Assembly (NCBI GenBank): GCA_973895155.1
Contig: OZ316897.1
Span: 8,703,832-8,767,831, forward strand
Length of the DNA: 64,000 nt
Reading direction: 5' to 3'
Origin: Marsupella aquatica
Lineage: Eukaryota > Plantae > Marchantiophyta
Made by a program: the position numbers and the translations under genes
The notes under the pieces: generated by a model
The model's input: the letters and a program-made list of their open reading frames with translations, nothing else
Databases searched by the model: none
What the model was told of the DNA's origin: nothing
Part shown: positions 1 through 13,495 of the stretch, in pieces
Numbering within the stretch: the first letter of the stretch is position 1
Layout: every line of letters begins with the position of its first letter

Positions 1-1377
1 CTTTTCACCAAAACTTGAGTGTTGTGTGTTGAGGGCAGGTTAGTTGAGGGTGCACCCAGGGAAACCTGCTTTGGGCCAGCATTGGGCACAGATAGTATGA
101 CTGCTCTAAATGCTGGGTGCTGCAACAGACTCCTCATTTTACTCCAGAATAAGGCTAAGCTACCATTTTCTTGTTCTCCAGGTCTCTTCACTGCCCTTGC
201 CGAGCCCAACACTACATTTCAAGTTGGACTCTGGGGCAACATAGATATCTTACCTGCCTTGTGTTGTCCCCCTCATTTATCACTTGGGTAGCCAGCTTGC
301 CCCTCAACCAAGGCTACATGGCTACTGTAGATTTTCAAGGACTAAGCACTCCCCTTTTTAATCCCCCGGCCCCAACTGCCAGAGCTATCATAGAACAGAG
401 ATTTTAGCTATTCCTAGCTAACAGAGATATAGGTTCCTAAAATATGCATTGTAAAGGTTTTTCCAGGTTTCACAAACACTACCTAGGGCAGGGTTGTTCC
501 GCCACCATAGATGTCACCACAGATACCATTTCGTCACTAGGTTATCTCTCGTGACGGAACAACCCTGCGAATCGACTCATAGGAGTAGAACATGTGTCTG
601 AAATGGTCAAATGGGGTCCGACCAAGACTATGTGAAAAGTTTTGGCCCCACCAAGAATCGAAGATTTGCTTGGGATCTCACTAATGGAAACTTCTCAGTT
701 TAGTCGTTGGAAAGTAATTTCAAGCATTCTACTTTTATTAAGGATTCCCTTGGCGTGATCCTAGCTTTGTGCTCTGTTGCACGTAGGTTTTTTGTTGAGT
801 GGGTGTTAAGTGGGGAGGCAAAGGAAGGGAACCTAAGACAACCAGTCACACAATTGGTCAGAAGACTTGGGAGGGGAAACCCATTCATTTTTATTACAGC
901 AACAAAGCCAAACCAGGGCAACAAACAGGAGAACCAGCCGATAACGCAAGAGAAAGCCCAACAGGGCGACCTAAAATCAGAATGAATCAGCCAACCAGGA
1001 ATTGCATGGTTTCAGTCTGGCTGGAATTACAGAAGTACTACTGAAAGAATTACAATGTGATGATTTTTAAAACAGACCTACTCCAAAGAAACAGTGAAAT
1101 CGTTGGCCTTACTTCCAAGGCAAGTTTGTTTTCGAGGAGAGGAAGGCTCAATATTCCACTCGTATTGTTGTTGAGGTACGAGAAATACACATATTTTGGA
1201 ACCTAAGAATACAGATGTGACTGCAGGATAATTTGTGAAAGCGAAGGACGATGGAAAACGATGTTGGTAAACAAAGTACCACTAATTTGTTCTCATGCAT
1301 TCATACCTTCACATGGTATACTGGCTCTCAGATGGTGAACTTGCGAAATGATATGTACAATGGACCTCCCCTTGCGA

Positions 1378-3668
1378 TCAACCTAGTAAAGTCACTATTG
1401 CCGGATCGCCCTTCTCCAGATCGTCTGGCATCTTCAAGGCGGGAATTCTCTCCTCCAGTGATTGCTCTGCATAAGTTACCCAAAGGAAGGAAGTAAATAA
1501 AATCTCTGTCTCCTCATACAGTTCTAAGTATGCTTATTATGTATGACCAGAAAGGCAGAAGGTCAAATATTTTCTGGTTTCCTTTCTCTTGGAGTTGAAA
1601 ACAAATTACCAAAGATGATGGAGAGAAAGCATTTAAGGGCAATGTTAACACCTGAAAAACGATTTCCGAGCACTGGCAGCTGAGTTTGTAGACTAGACGC
1701 CTTTTCCTGGGAATTGCTAGCCTTCAGAATTGAATCTTTCAGCAGATAGGCCGATCTCATAGCCTCTGGTACACCAACACAGATTTTACACATTATTCAG
1801 TTGCAGCCCATTTGCAGAATAGATTGTGACAGAACCTAATCGCAATTGGAAACACACACTCCCTCCATTCAACGCTATTATGGCCGTATAATATCTAGTG
1901 GAAAAAGAAAAAATGATCAGGAAAATTGCATGTTGGGCAGGGTTTCAGAAAACTGGCGCTCGAGAACGTCGCCAGTAGGATATCGAGAAGCAGATCCTTG
2001 CCCCATACAAAGAAATCAGCTTCTCAGAGCCCCAGATTTACTCAACAAATGACAAGAGGCACCGAGTGACAGAAATTGTGAAATACCTTCAAGCACATCA
2101 GGATCAAAACTTTCCTCCAAGGACATGGCGTCACTGAGAACCTCTCTCCGTAATGCCAATTGCTTTTCGAGCGAAGTGAGTACCCCACGCATTTTTGCAC
2201 CTTCCTTGTGTGCCTGGCACAATTCGTTTGAAGAAATTTAAGGACATCGGCAACGAGAAGTGTTGACCAAGTACGACATACAAACGTTCAAAGTCCTTTG
2301 AAAAACCCAACAGATTCAAGACAAGGGGTTCTTACAGCGACCAGTTGACTTCGAAGTAATCTCAGTTCAGTGTCCAATATTTCGAGGTGGCCGTCCTCCA
2401 CACCAGATGCTTTGCTGCAGCTTTTGCTCCCAGTTCTCTATTCAGGAAAGACCAATAAACTGTCAAAATACAATGTGGCATTGACTGCACCAGTAGTTTT
2501 CATTTTCCCGCACCAATTTAAGTCCATCAACGCTGACGAGTGACACAGTAAGTCAATGACAGATACTGTACATGAAACGCACCGTACCTTTTCAGAACTG
2601 CTGGCAATCAAGGGCTTGGGTGGATAGTTGTTGAAGTAGCGATCACGGCATCTCGACTCCCACCGATGTAGATTTTCGTCAATGTTGTCCTGAGCTTTAC
2701 TGTAGATGCTATCCACGCCCTGTACTTGCATGAAGGCAATCATGAATCAGAGCAGAATCAAAGAATCGGCGGGCAAGAAACAGCAAGCACCACGCTTTAG
2801 AGAAAGACAATGAAGAAGACAAGTATGACCAAATCACAACGAAAATTTCTGCAAGATTTAAACAAGCTTGAGAGCTATTCCAACACTGATCGGTTAGTAG
2901 GCTTCCTTAGCCTTGAGGTTTCCGATACGTACTTGCTTCAGAAAGTGCCGTTCTTCGTCACTCTTGAGATCAAGTTCTTGCGCTACATACCTGAATAGAA
3001 TCAATTGCGACAATATGAAAATCTCGAACCTAGACCAGTAAACAATCCGCTGCCCAGAAAATTGAAGCAATGGGTGGATGAATGGTCAACTACTCGCAAA
3101 GGCTGCTGCTATGAGAAGTGTTGCCACGAAGGACCTATTCCTACGCTCATTCATTGAAAGCTTCCGAACGAGAAAATTGGAGAGGCATTGACCCAATCGT
3201 CATACTTACTCTTCCATGCTGTTGAGCCCTCCAAGGGTCAAATCATTAACCTGCATCCATGCAGGCAGGCAGACATGAATGGAAGGATAAAACGAAAGAT
3301 GTCATAAGGCTCTCCATCCGAAAGCACAACCCCAGGCAAGGACATGACTGGATTCTCGATCAAATCAGCTTATCGCACATGCGGAGTACATGTCCATTCA
3401 TCCTCTCGTGACTAGGTTTTTCTACTTTGCTTACAAGAGCTGCAGTTGAAGACTTTCGACGATGACTGAGTACGAGAGAGAGGGATTATAAACGAACCGC
3501 ATCGACAACAGTTCCGATGAAAGCCTCGACGTCAAGACAATCGCCGGCGATGGAATTATCATTGGAGTGCCGACGCTCTTGCTGCTGCTGATCGGAGAAG
3601 CTGCTGCTGACCGCAGGAGGATCAGTCGATCGATCCTTTGCCTCCCTCCTCGGAAATTCTCCATCCAT
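1378..3668 (-). CDS. MIS12: Kinetochore protein MIS12 homolog, about 8 exons
   Basis: GT-AG exons join in frame: LDVEAFIGTVVDA|VNDLTLGGLNSMEE|YVAQELDLKSDEERHFLKQ|GVDSIYSKAQDNIDENLHRWESRCRDRYF...|...LEILDTELRLLRSQLVA|AHKEGAKMRGVLTSLEKQ...|EAMRSAYLLKDSILK...|...TLLG*. This follows the recalled plant Mis12 pattern (FINEAINSVED..GIARVR..IDNRLKLWE..LDAELDSLR). Confidence 0.8.
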
Positions 3669-3690
3669 TGTTTTCTGGCTGCTCAGTCTG

Positions 3691-3806
3691 TCAAATTCTT
3701 CACATTTACTCCCTGATCAAGTAGTCAAATCTTCGCCACATTTCCTCCCTGATCAAGCACTCAAATCTTCGCCATTTTCTCACTGATCAAGGACTCAAAT
3801 CTTCGC
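3691..3806. repeat. Three ~36-bp direct repeats just upstream of the MIS12 start codon
   Basis: tcaaatcttcgcca...ctgatcaag recurs three times. Confidence 0.8.
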
Positions 3807-3924
3807 ATTCCATTCGAGCATTCGTTCATTTTCTCTCTCTCTTTCTCTCTCTTTTGCTCTATTTCTCTTTTGTGCATCGACAAAAACTTTCATTCAAATC
3901 TGAATCTTCTCCGTTCCCGCGCCA

Positions 3925-5350
3925 AGTTGCATAAGTGCACACTATGTATAAGTGCACAATTTTACTTTCGATAAGTGCATGAGTATCGTCGTAGTTCCTA
4001 CAATTCATGAGCGACCCGTGCATAAGTGCAAGCTACACTTTGGATAAGTGCATGAATACCGTGTATTCCCTACAATTAGTTCACAAGCCATGCCACTGTG
4101 CATAAGTGCAATGTAGACAAGTGCGAACTATACTTTGGATAAGTGCATGACTGTAGTGTAGTCCCCTACAATTCATGAGCTATGTCACTGTGCTTAAATG
4201 CAATCTAGACAAGTGCAAAGTATATTTTGGATAAGTGCATGAATGTTGTGTAGTACAATTCACAAGCAACATCCTACAATTCATGAGTGAAGCTACTGTG
4301 CATAAGTGCAAACTATACTGTGGATAACACAATTGTGTTGTCCCTACAATTCACGAGTGATGTTACTGTGCATGAGTGCAATACAGATAAGTGCAAAGTG
4401 AAATTTAGGTAAGTGCATGGGCTATTGTGCAGTCCCTACAATTCATGAGCGATGCCACCATGCATAAGTGCAATGTAGACAAGTGCAAACTATACTTTGG
4501 ATAAGTGCATGACTGTTGTGTAGTTCCCTACAACTCATGAGCAATACCACTGTGCATGAGTGCAATGTAGATAAGTCCAAATGATACTTTGGATAAGTGC
4601 ATGACCATTGTGTACTCCCCTACAATTCACAAGCAATGTCACTGTGCATAAGTGCAAACTGGACTTTGGATGAGAGCACAATTGTACCTTGGATAAGTGC
4701 ATGATTATCATGTAGTCCCTACAATTCACAAGCGACACCATCATGCATAAGTGCAATGTAGACAAGTGCAGACTATATTTAAGGTAAGTGACTATTGTGG
4801 CAAACTGTGCTTTGGATAAGTGCAAATTGTACTTTGGATAAGTGCATGACTATCGTGTAGTCCCCTACAATTCATGAGGGATGTTACTGTGCATAAGTGC
4901 AATATAGACAAGTGTAAACTATATTTTGGATAAGTGCATGACTGTTGTGTAGTTCCCTACAATTCATGAGCGATGCCCCTGTGCATAAGTGCAATGTAGA
5001 TAAGTGCAAATGATACTTTGGATAAGTGCATGACTACTGTGTAGTCCCCTACAATTCACAAGTCACTGTGCATAAATGCAAACTGGACTTTGGATGAGTG
5101 CACAACCGGTGCACAATTGTACTTTGGATAAGTGCATGACAATCATGTAGTCCCTACAATTCACAAGCGACACCACTGTGCATAAGTGCAATGTAGACAA
5201 GTGCAAACTATATTTTGGATAAGTGCATGACTATTGTGCAAACTGTGCTTTGGATAAGTACATGACTATTGTGTAGTCCCTACAACTGACAAGTGATGTC
5301 ACTGGCATAAGTGCAATAAACATGAATGCAAAATGTACTTTGGATAAGCA
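3925..5350. repeat. Tandem array of a ~92-bp monomer (about 15 copies) with a ~430-bp higher-order duplication
   Basis: The anchor ccctacaatt recurs near 4342, 4435, 4527, 4619, 4718, 4864, 4956, 5048 and 5152. The monomer is built from aagtgca subrepeats. Confidence 0.95.
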
Positions 5351-5499
5351 TGAGACTATCATGGAGTTCCCTTTCCTTGAAATCTATTTTCTCCAAAGTG
5401 ATGTGTTGTCATATCTAGCTTCAAAATCTCACGCATATCTAGGGACCTCTGACATGTGATGAAATAGCTGACATAGATGAGAATAGAGGTCCATAACTA

Positions 5500-5746
5500 G
5501 ACTACATTTTTTTTCTCAACCACATCTTGGTCAACACCACATCTTTTTCCTTAACAACCTCTTGGCCAACACAGCAGATTTTTTCTCAACGATTTCTTGG
5601 CTGACAGGATATCTTTTTTTTCAATGACTTCTTGACCGACACCATATCTTTTTTCTCAACGACTTCTTGACCTACACGACATCTTTTTCTCAACCACATC
5701 TTGGCCGACATGACTTCCTTTGTGCAACGCACGGGTATTGAGCTAG
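5500..5746 (+). mobile_element. 3' end of a non-autonomous Helitron with subterminal ~30-bp repeats
   Basis: Hairpin gtgc-aac-gcac (5722-5732), then CTAG (5743-5746) followed by T. It is preceded by atcttttttctcaac repeats. The 5' end is not defined. Confidence 0.7.
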
Positions 5747-6208
5747 TAATCTATAACATTGTGTCCCGAAATGCTTGAAAAAGTTTCCAGGCCGGGCTCA
5801 GCAACAGCTTGTTCTCACATTCCGGACACACGGTTACACCTTACTAATAAACCCTCCCAGACCTGGGTTATCCTATAATTCGAGTACACTTTACACGAGG
5901 TCCAATTTCAAATCGTCAATCTGTATGCCTTTAATTCAAATTGTGTACACTGTGAATCCACTGGAATAGCTATCGAGTGGATAAAAGGCTGTGACCTGCG
6001 TGGAGGAGTGGACTAGAATCAGGTGCAGTATTGCATCGGAAATGCTGTGAAAGAATGATTCAAACCCACAAGACATAAACCTTGGAATTGGGAATGGCAG
6101 AACCGAAGTGCTATCTAGCTCTGTACTGCATCTGCCTTCCTTGCCCCAGAGTTTCACTCGCTGTTGTGCCACAGAAAGTTCCGTAGAAAGGACTTGTGGG
6201 AGAAATGA

Positions 6209-9200
6209 ATGATGGTATTGCTGAAAACACTCGACCTGCCTGCTTTGACACCTCAGATCCTGCTGTTCTTTGCTGAGCACCACGTTGTCACAGGTTAGTT
6301 TGGTTCATGTGATGTTCACGCTGAGAGATAGAGCTATGTCGAGAACGTCTCCGAAAATGCATGCACTCTATCGTTTGTCAGTGTGATTTCTCCTGGTACA
6401 AAGAGTGTCATAATTGCAATGGTGGTTTTGTATGACCACATTCTAGAGATGTATGGAATTCTATAGAAGCATGAGGTTAAGAGGGCACCGCTAGATTAGT
6501 CTCATGTGAAGTGTATTGTATCTTCACACGCCAGTTGCTCTGAGTTCAGGCTAATTAGGTATTTCATATCTTTTCCTTCGGAAGTATGTACAATCGCTAA
6601 GTCTAATCCTAAATCCTAAACCCTGAAGAAGAATTTCCCAAGCGAAGAGCATGTTGCGAAGCGGTTGCTATTGATGTACAACTCCCTCTTCGCGTTTGTA
6701 TTTTGTTTGCAGTTGAGGATTTTGTCTGTCAGCATTTGCCGAGCCTTACCGTCGAAGCAGAGAGAAGTTTGGTGGCCGAGGCCTTCAATGAGGTTGCTTA
6801 GCATAATATCAATGCTCTTCGAAATCCACAACACCATTTCGAAGATGTCTGCCATGAGATGTCCATCTGTTCAGTTTGCTTCAGGATTTCGACTGTTAGG
6901 TGACTGAAATGCAGCTCAAAATTTTGACTCGTGTATTACCCTACCCGTTTCAAAGCGTGGCCATATTCTGGGAGCAGTTTCTAATTTCTGCCACCGATAA
7001 CGTTTTCATGCAGGCCGTTAAGGATGTGCTAGCTTACCTGGATACGTTTCAAGAAGAGTGGACGTCGGGGTCTGAGCTTGTCGAGGCCTGTGGACAGTTC
7101 CTTCCTATCAGCTGCGCAAGGTAGTGCTTTGGTGCTGATTGATGACTACCATTCCAATTTTGTCATTTCAATCTGTTCTGTTCCACAGCAGATTCGAGCG
7201 TCGGGTGTATTCATGTGGTGCATATTGGTTCTGGGGATTGGAATGGGGAGAGTTGTTTTCTAGAAGGTCATTTGAGGTCTATGTTCCTCTTTATGTCCTG
7301 CATTGTTCCTTTTATTATTCCTATAAATTACTCTGTAAATAGTGAACAATTAAATGCTCATGTTGCGTCGTTCAGAAAGTTGACTGTGCTGCATCCGATG
7401 CTCCATGTTATTTCCTTTGGAGCGGTTTAAGTGCAATCTGGTATTAGCACTGAAGTCAATGATATATACCACATGCAACTTTTGTTCTACAATTGACCTT
7501 GTTCCGAAATACATTTACACGTTAGTATGATTGTGCAGTGTCGATTCGCTGCTGAATGGAGGCTTGCAAGAAGGTACTATAACAGAGCTTGTGGGAGCGT
7601 CCTCGACCGGGAAAAGTCAAGTGAGTATCTGTGCTCATTCTCTGTCTCAAATGTATGTCTGACTAAACGTACAAGAAACCATCTGTACGACTAAGCAGTC
7701 AGGCAATGCCTTAGTTCTTATATATACACCATTTGAAATGTTAGGAAAGTGTACTCCTCTTCTTTGGCAGCTTCGTTCTAGCGTCTTACTCTCTTCGTTT
7801 CGCTCTCATGTGCGTTCCAACGATTTCAGTTTTACGATTTCAGTTCCATCCTTGCTCAACCCTAATTCATTAATGATCTATCCTCCATCTGGTGTAGATG
7901 TGCATGCAAGCCGCCGCAAGTGTTGCATATTGGCTGCATTCGACTGTAATTTACGTTGACACGTGCCGCACATTTTCTGGAAAGCGTGTTGCCGAGATTC
8001 TAGAAAGCTTTTTGGATGGCCATCAAACGGAGACGAAGGTTGGTACAATAACTCGACTGACGCTGGCTTTAAAGATGAGATGTGTAGGATGCTCATGCTG
8101 CTGTAGTGGAAGAGATGCAGAAGTGTAAGTGCAACGCTAATCTCGTGCCAACAATTAGACACGATGAAAATTCAGTTGAGTTTCGTCACGAACTTACTTG
8201 GACACTAGGTGTGTACAAATTGGCTAGACTATGTAGCGGACATGCAGCCCCCGTTTTGTCGAAACTTTAACCATACTAGAAGAAGAATTTGTATTTTTAC
8301 ATCATGTTTTCTTTCTGGGTATAATGCAGGACCACGAGGATTCTGTTGGTCTTGTAATGAAATGCATACAGAGAATAGGAATATTTGATGTCTTCTCGAT
8401 GCTGTCATTCCTTCGTAGCCTTCATGGATCTCTGCAGTCGAAACACGAGGTAAGTTTTTGTCATTTAGCTCTGAATTTCTTTTGCCATTTATATTTGTTT
8501 TGATGCAGTTCAGAGCAAGTGTTTTTTTATTTACTTGGTTTTGGGTTTCAGATCGGAGGTGACTTTTCGCACTTACGACTCCTGATAATTGACTCTGCAT
8601 CATCTGTTGTCAGTCCTGTACTTGGAGCTGCTAATGCAAGAGGTATGACTCGTCCATACTTCCGGCCTTCCTTCCCGAATCTGCTTTTTCTAGGACCTGC
8701 TAATCGTAGCCACATACCATCGTTGCTCAAGTGGATCAATTAATTCTCTATTCACTTATCGATGTCAGAACTCTGCATTTCTGAAATACTCGATGATAGT
8801 TTCATGAGACCGACCTCATCATTTTGTGTTACTTGTAGATTTTGCTAGTCATCCTACATTGCTTCTAGTAGTTTTGAGGAATGAGTCGGTTTTGGCGTCC
8901 AGCCTCTCATGGCAGAACCCTTATGTGGATTTTTGATCTTCCGTCCCTTTGCTCCATTTGAGCACTTCAGTTTCTGTGAGAGAAGGTTTTTTATTTTCCT
9001 CAAGGTGTAGGAATACACAGGTACATTCTCTTCAGACCCACTTGTACGAAGTGGGACGCAAACCCTGTGGGGCATTAAATTCTGTAGTACACAGTGGGAT
9101 CTGCACCCCTGATCTGTTGGTTGCCAGTTAAGGATCGTATCTGCCAATTTAGTGGGTCATTATAGCAGAGAGTAGTTGTACTGGGTATCTTACTGATGGA

Positions 9201-9978
9201 AATTGTTGTACAGGTCATTCTTTGATGATCAGTCTGGGCCGATGCCTCAATAAGTTGGCAATAAACAATAGAATTGCAGTCTTGGTACGCACACTGCATT
9301 TTGCTAATGCTTCAGATGTCTGTGATACTTAGGTTTCTGCTGTTGCTGGATGATGTTTAGTGCAGATGAGATATGTGGCACGCTTGCAAAACATTGTCGA
9401 CCAGGGCTTACCGCACTGGACATTTCATGGCGCCCTATTCTCACGATATTCATAGGGATTTTTCTCTGTGGAAACAATGGTTCCTTTCAATCTACAGATC
9501 ACAAACCATACAGTCATTGGGGATGAAGGCCAGATAAAGGCAGCATTGGGTGAAAGCTGGATGTCAGTACCTCATGTCCGACTTTGGCTCGCTCGTGACT
9601 CAAACAGTGACGTTTGTGAAGCCTCACTTTCCAAGCATACATCTCTGGTACTATTACTGTGAGTGGCGGTCATTGTGTGTTTTATGTCATGTTATGCACA
9701 TAAACGACGATTATGAATTGGCAAAGTACAAATGTGTGGTTCTGGAGAAATGTCCTGAATATCCCATTGGTAGATGTGAGATCTTGTTCATATATTGACG
9801 TGACCTCAAGAAGTCCTTGGTTTGATGTGGCATATGGCAACTGTTTCTTTCAGTCTGACTGTATTTGGGTGCTATGTTGCAGGCATGCGACAAACAGGCA
9901 GCTTTCTATATAGATACAAGTGGTCTCCAATCTATTGATAACTTTGGGAATTCCACATCTTCTTCTCCTAGCCATTAG
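6209..9978 (+). CDS. RAD51D: DNA repair protein RAD51 homolog 4 (RAD51D), about 10 exons
   Basis: Exons give MMVLLKTLDLPALT..HVVT|VEDFVCQH..|AVKDVLAYL..|VDSLLNGGLQEGTITELVGASSTGKSQ (Walker A)|MCMQAAASVA..IYVDT..FSGKRVA|..|LRLLIIDS (Walker B)|HSLMISLG..IAVL|ITNHTV..KAALGESWMSVPHVRL..KHTSL|ACDKQ..SH*. Confidence 0.92.
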
Positions 9979-10180
9979 GGAAAACACATTCCCAAACACA
10001 TTAAGTGTACAAAACGTCTCTTCAATATAATCCCCCAAATTTGAAGAGGGGAGAAATTGGTGATATAGGACGATATCACCATATCACCATACAAAAGTGG
10101 TTTGCATTTCAAGGCATCTGTTAGGTTGAGCTTTAAACATCCTCGAACAGTGATGCACCAGCCTTGATTGCTTGCATATC

Positions 10181-12661
10181 TCATACGGGATAGCTCTTTG
10201 GAAAGTAGCCCTCAATAGTGACATTTCCTCCCTCCATCCTCGTTGACACCCTCTCCAATCGTAATAGTTCACCCTCGATAGAGAATCCAAGAACACCTCG
10301 TTTGGAACCTGCAATGACTGGCTGAATAACTACAACAAGTTTCTGAGCGGCTTGCTCGATAATAGCCCGCTGACCCAAGTAGTTTTCTAATCCAGAAGAC
10401 TCCGGACCTCTAGAGTCCAGCAGTACAGAGTTGAAACCCCGCTGATATAGCAAATCTAGAACATAATCTAGAGTTACCTCATTTACTACTACTACTTCTA
10501 CGCCCTTTGATCTCAGGGTGCTTTCATGTGATAGTCCGTTGTGCCTTCTGCTGATTTCCACGTCTTCCAGGAGAGCACTTCCATCGGTGAGGACCAGTGT
10601 AGGTGCAAGAGTTGTATCAAATACTTGAGACTCCAGAGGCAGATCCAATGACTTTGCGAGAACTACACGCAGAGGTTGCTTGGCACCAGGTTCAGACGAG
10701 AGTAGATTCGGATCATCGTAAACAAAAGCATCTGTTATGACAACAGCATCATGCTCTTGAAGCAGAAGGCTGAAGTGACTTCCCGCGTCTGTGCTATCTT
10801 CACAACTTCCCAGCAAAGCCCCATCGAGTGACATCATGTACCTGTGACGGGTATCAGCAATCATATTTAGAAAAGTCCTTTGAAGCGCTGGAAACCTTAT
10901 GAACAAGTCACTCATTTCTTTCCTTAGTAATTCAGCCCAACAATAATGCTTTCATACAATTGACTTTCCTCTCTTCGAAAGTAAGGAGGATCCTGGACCA
11001 TTTTAATCGGCAGACGGAAGCGACATATTTGCCTGTCTGAAATAGGCTGAGCAAACAAGATCATGCAATACGAGTCAAAGAGATAAAAACAGATCAGTTA
11101 AGTTGCTATTATACCTTCTTGATTATCCTTGTGTACAGGTTAATTTGAAACAAAAATTTGACGCAGAATTCAGTAGATGTACAGATATAAAGTCGGTATC
11201 CAGTTCTCTCTGTTGTACCATCCTCTGTGTGAACTAGGACCCAAAACTCGAGTATCGCGTAAATCAGTAGAAGAGGGGAGAAAAGGAGAACCTGAGAGTC
11301 ACGAAGGGCTTCTTTGCTGTTATCCGATGAAAGAAAGTTTCAGCAGTAGCTTGGCAGAGGGCCTCCTCAACGCCCACCACAACCTCGATTCCTGCCTTCA
11401 ACAAGGTCTGCACACCTTTCCCTCCAACAAGTGGATTGGGATCCACTGTCCCGACGACCACTCGCTTCACTTTAGCTCGGACTAATGCCTGACTACACGG
11501 GGGGGTGCGTCCTGTGTGGTTGCATGGCTCCAGACTTACATACGCCGTTCCTCCTTTGGCTTTCTCCCCCGCCTCTCTCAAGGCAAATACCTGACCAGAC
11601 CGGCAGAGAAGACCAATAAACCACAAGAGTGGGAGACAGTTTACAGATCTGAAGTAGAGCCTCTCTGAGTCAACGATATGGTACATCTTTCGACAGCTTC
11701 TCATAACTGTTGCAGATTTCCTTGTGAGGAATGAGCCAGCGTTTCAGTAGAGCAATCAAGAGAAAAAAACGTCAAAATCAGAATTCTCTGTTTCGGTGTT
11801 TTAGCTGCTATTGAACTTCTCTGCTACTTGATGCACTCATTGCTCAACTTCGCTTTGGCAGACCGGCAAGTTTGTGCTATCTATCCTTTGCCCGTGGGAT
11901 TTCCAAAATTCAATTCAGTTTAATTTAATTCAGTTTATGTCATTTCAATTCGATTCAGTTCAGCCAAGAAATTCATCGTCGCAGAAAAACACGCACATTG
12001 CACTGAGTTTCTAATAGGAGTGGTACTCCAGTCGATGTTATCCACTGGTTTTCCTTCTTGTTTGTAATTCTCTTGCGAGTCTTTCTTCATAAACTGGAGA
12101 GGTCCAAGAGGGATAAGGTCCACAACGAACCTCTGCATGTGGCTCTCCAGCCTTTGGATGAAATCCTCGGCCGACGATCTCTCCATCCTTGACAATCACA
12201 CATCCCACCATTGGATTCGGTGATGTATGCCCAATCGCCTTCCTGGCCAGCTGCACTGCCTTCCTCATGTACCCAGCGTCTGCTTCAGTGGCTCCTTTCG
12301 GCCGAGTACTACCAACCTCCACCTCGGTAGATTCTTTAGTTGCTGCCAAGCATCTCAACCGTGCATTGAGTGCAATTCTCTTGACACTAGAATGTGGACT
12401 CTCCTGCTCAAGAGAAACCCCTTTGCTCCAGTGAAGTCTCTTATGACAACCATCGGACAAGATCGGCCAGTCTGCTCTCCCAGAATGCGATCTGCCACCT
12501 GCCCCACGAGGAAGAGAATGCCCAGGTGGCAAACCTGTAGACTGAAAGGCGAGCTCACATGGCCTGCTTATAATTCCTTGACCACCAACAGGGCCAGCTC
12601 CTGGAATGGAGGGAGCCCACAAAATGCAGGTGCAAAGGCACGAGGACCACAATCCAGCCAT
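10181..12661 (-). CDS. PYRD: Plastid riboflavin biosynthesis pyrimidine deaminase PyrD; exons 12661-12131, 11590-11292, 10841-10181
   Basis: Intact deaminase motifs TSPNPMVGCVIV, PHAE and YVSLEPCNHTGRTPPC. The RibD reductase-like C-domain is degenerate, as in plant PyrD, and ends EGYF. There is a long transit-peptide-like N-terminus. Confidence 0.92.
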
Positions 12662-13495
12662 TCTTGTCAAAGAGACAAGGTTCACGAATTGATTCAAAGC
12701 TCGAAATTACAAGGACTGAACCGCATCATACAGACAGGCTGCGGAGACAGCTGATATGGCGACAACCCAAATCGGCTCTCTCACTCTCTCCGTCTCTCTT
12801 TCCTAAAATTTCACATTCCTCAGCACTCTTCCGGGTCTGAAGATTGCATTCAGCCTGCACCTGGGAGATAAAGAGGTCACCGAGTCAGCTGAACATGTTC
12901 ACATTTATTTGGAAAGACACTTTTCCACACCACAAAAGCTGAGGGAAGCAAAGCGAAGGGACACTAATCAAGTAAGTTGATGCCCTCCTTCAGATCGTGG
13001 TAAGAGCATATAATGGGACCTCCAATCAATTCAGCAGACTGAAACTAAATTACCTGCTTCCGATGTCGATTATTTTGGTCGATGTTCATTCACTTTCGTA
13101 GTCATCAGAGACCACACATTGCGAGAACTCAATTCAATGCCGCACAACACTGCCAAACGACAACTCCACATCAAATCTCGCAGAAACTTAGTGTGGGTCG
13201 TGCAGCATGAGGCGATCGTCTTGAAGGCAAGCTACTCCACATAAGCAACACGCAAAACAATTCCTGTCCTTCGCCATTTTTCCATCCACTCCCGGCCCGA
13301 CTTGTCGGACAAATAGGGTGTCTGGAGTCCGACATCCTACAGATGTCGCCCCGGTCTATCCCGGCCCCTCCCGACCCCTCCCTGCCGCGACCCCACGTCG
13401 CCCTGACCCCTCGCAACCCCTCCCAACCCCTCCCAGCCAGACCCCGAACTAGGGGGGGTCAGCTCGCTAAATCGAGGGAGTCTGGGGGAGTCTAG

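Noticed and set aside
3925-5350. Regular repeats as a CRISPR array (also 48357-49070, 33518-34230, 55400-56706)
   Set aside because: Whole units repeat with no unique spacers, the context is eukaryotic and there are no cas genes.
10181-10841. Bifunctional bacterial-type RibD or horizontal transfer
   Set aside because: The gene has introns, a transit-like N-terminus and the degenerate reductase domain normal for plant PyrD.
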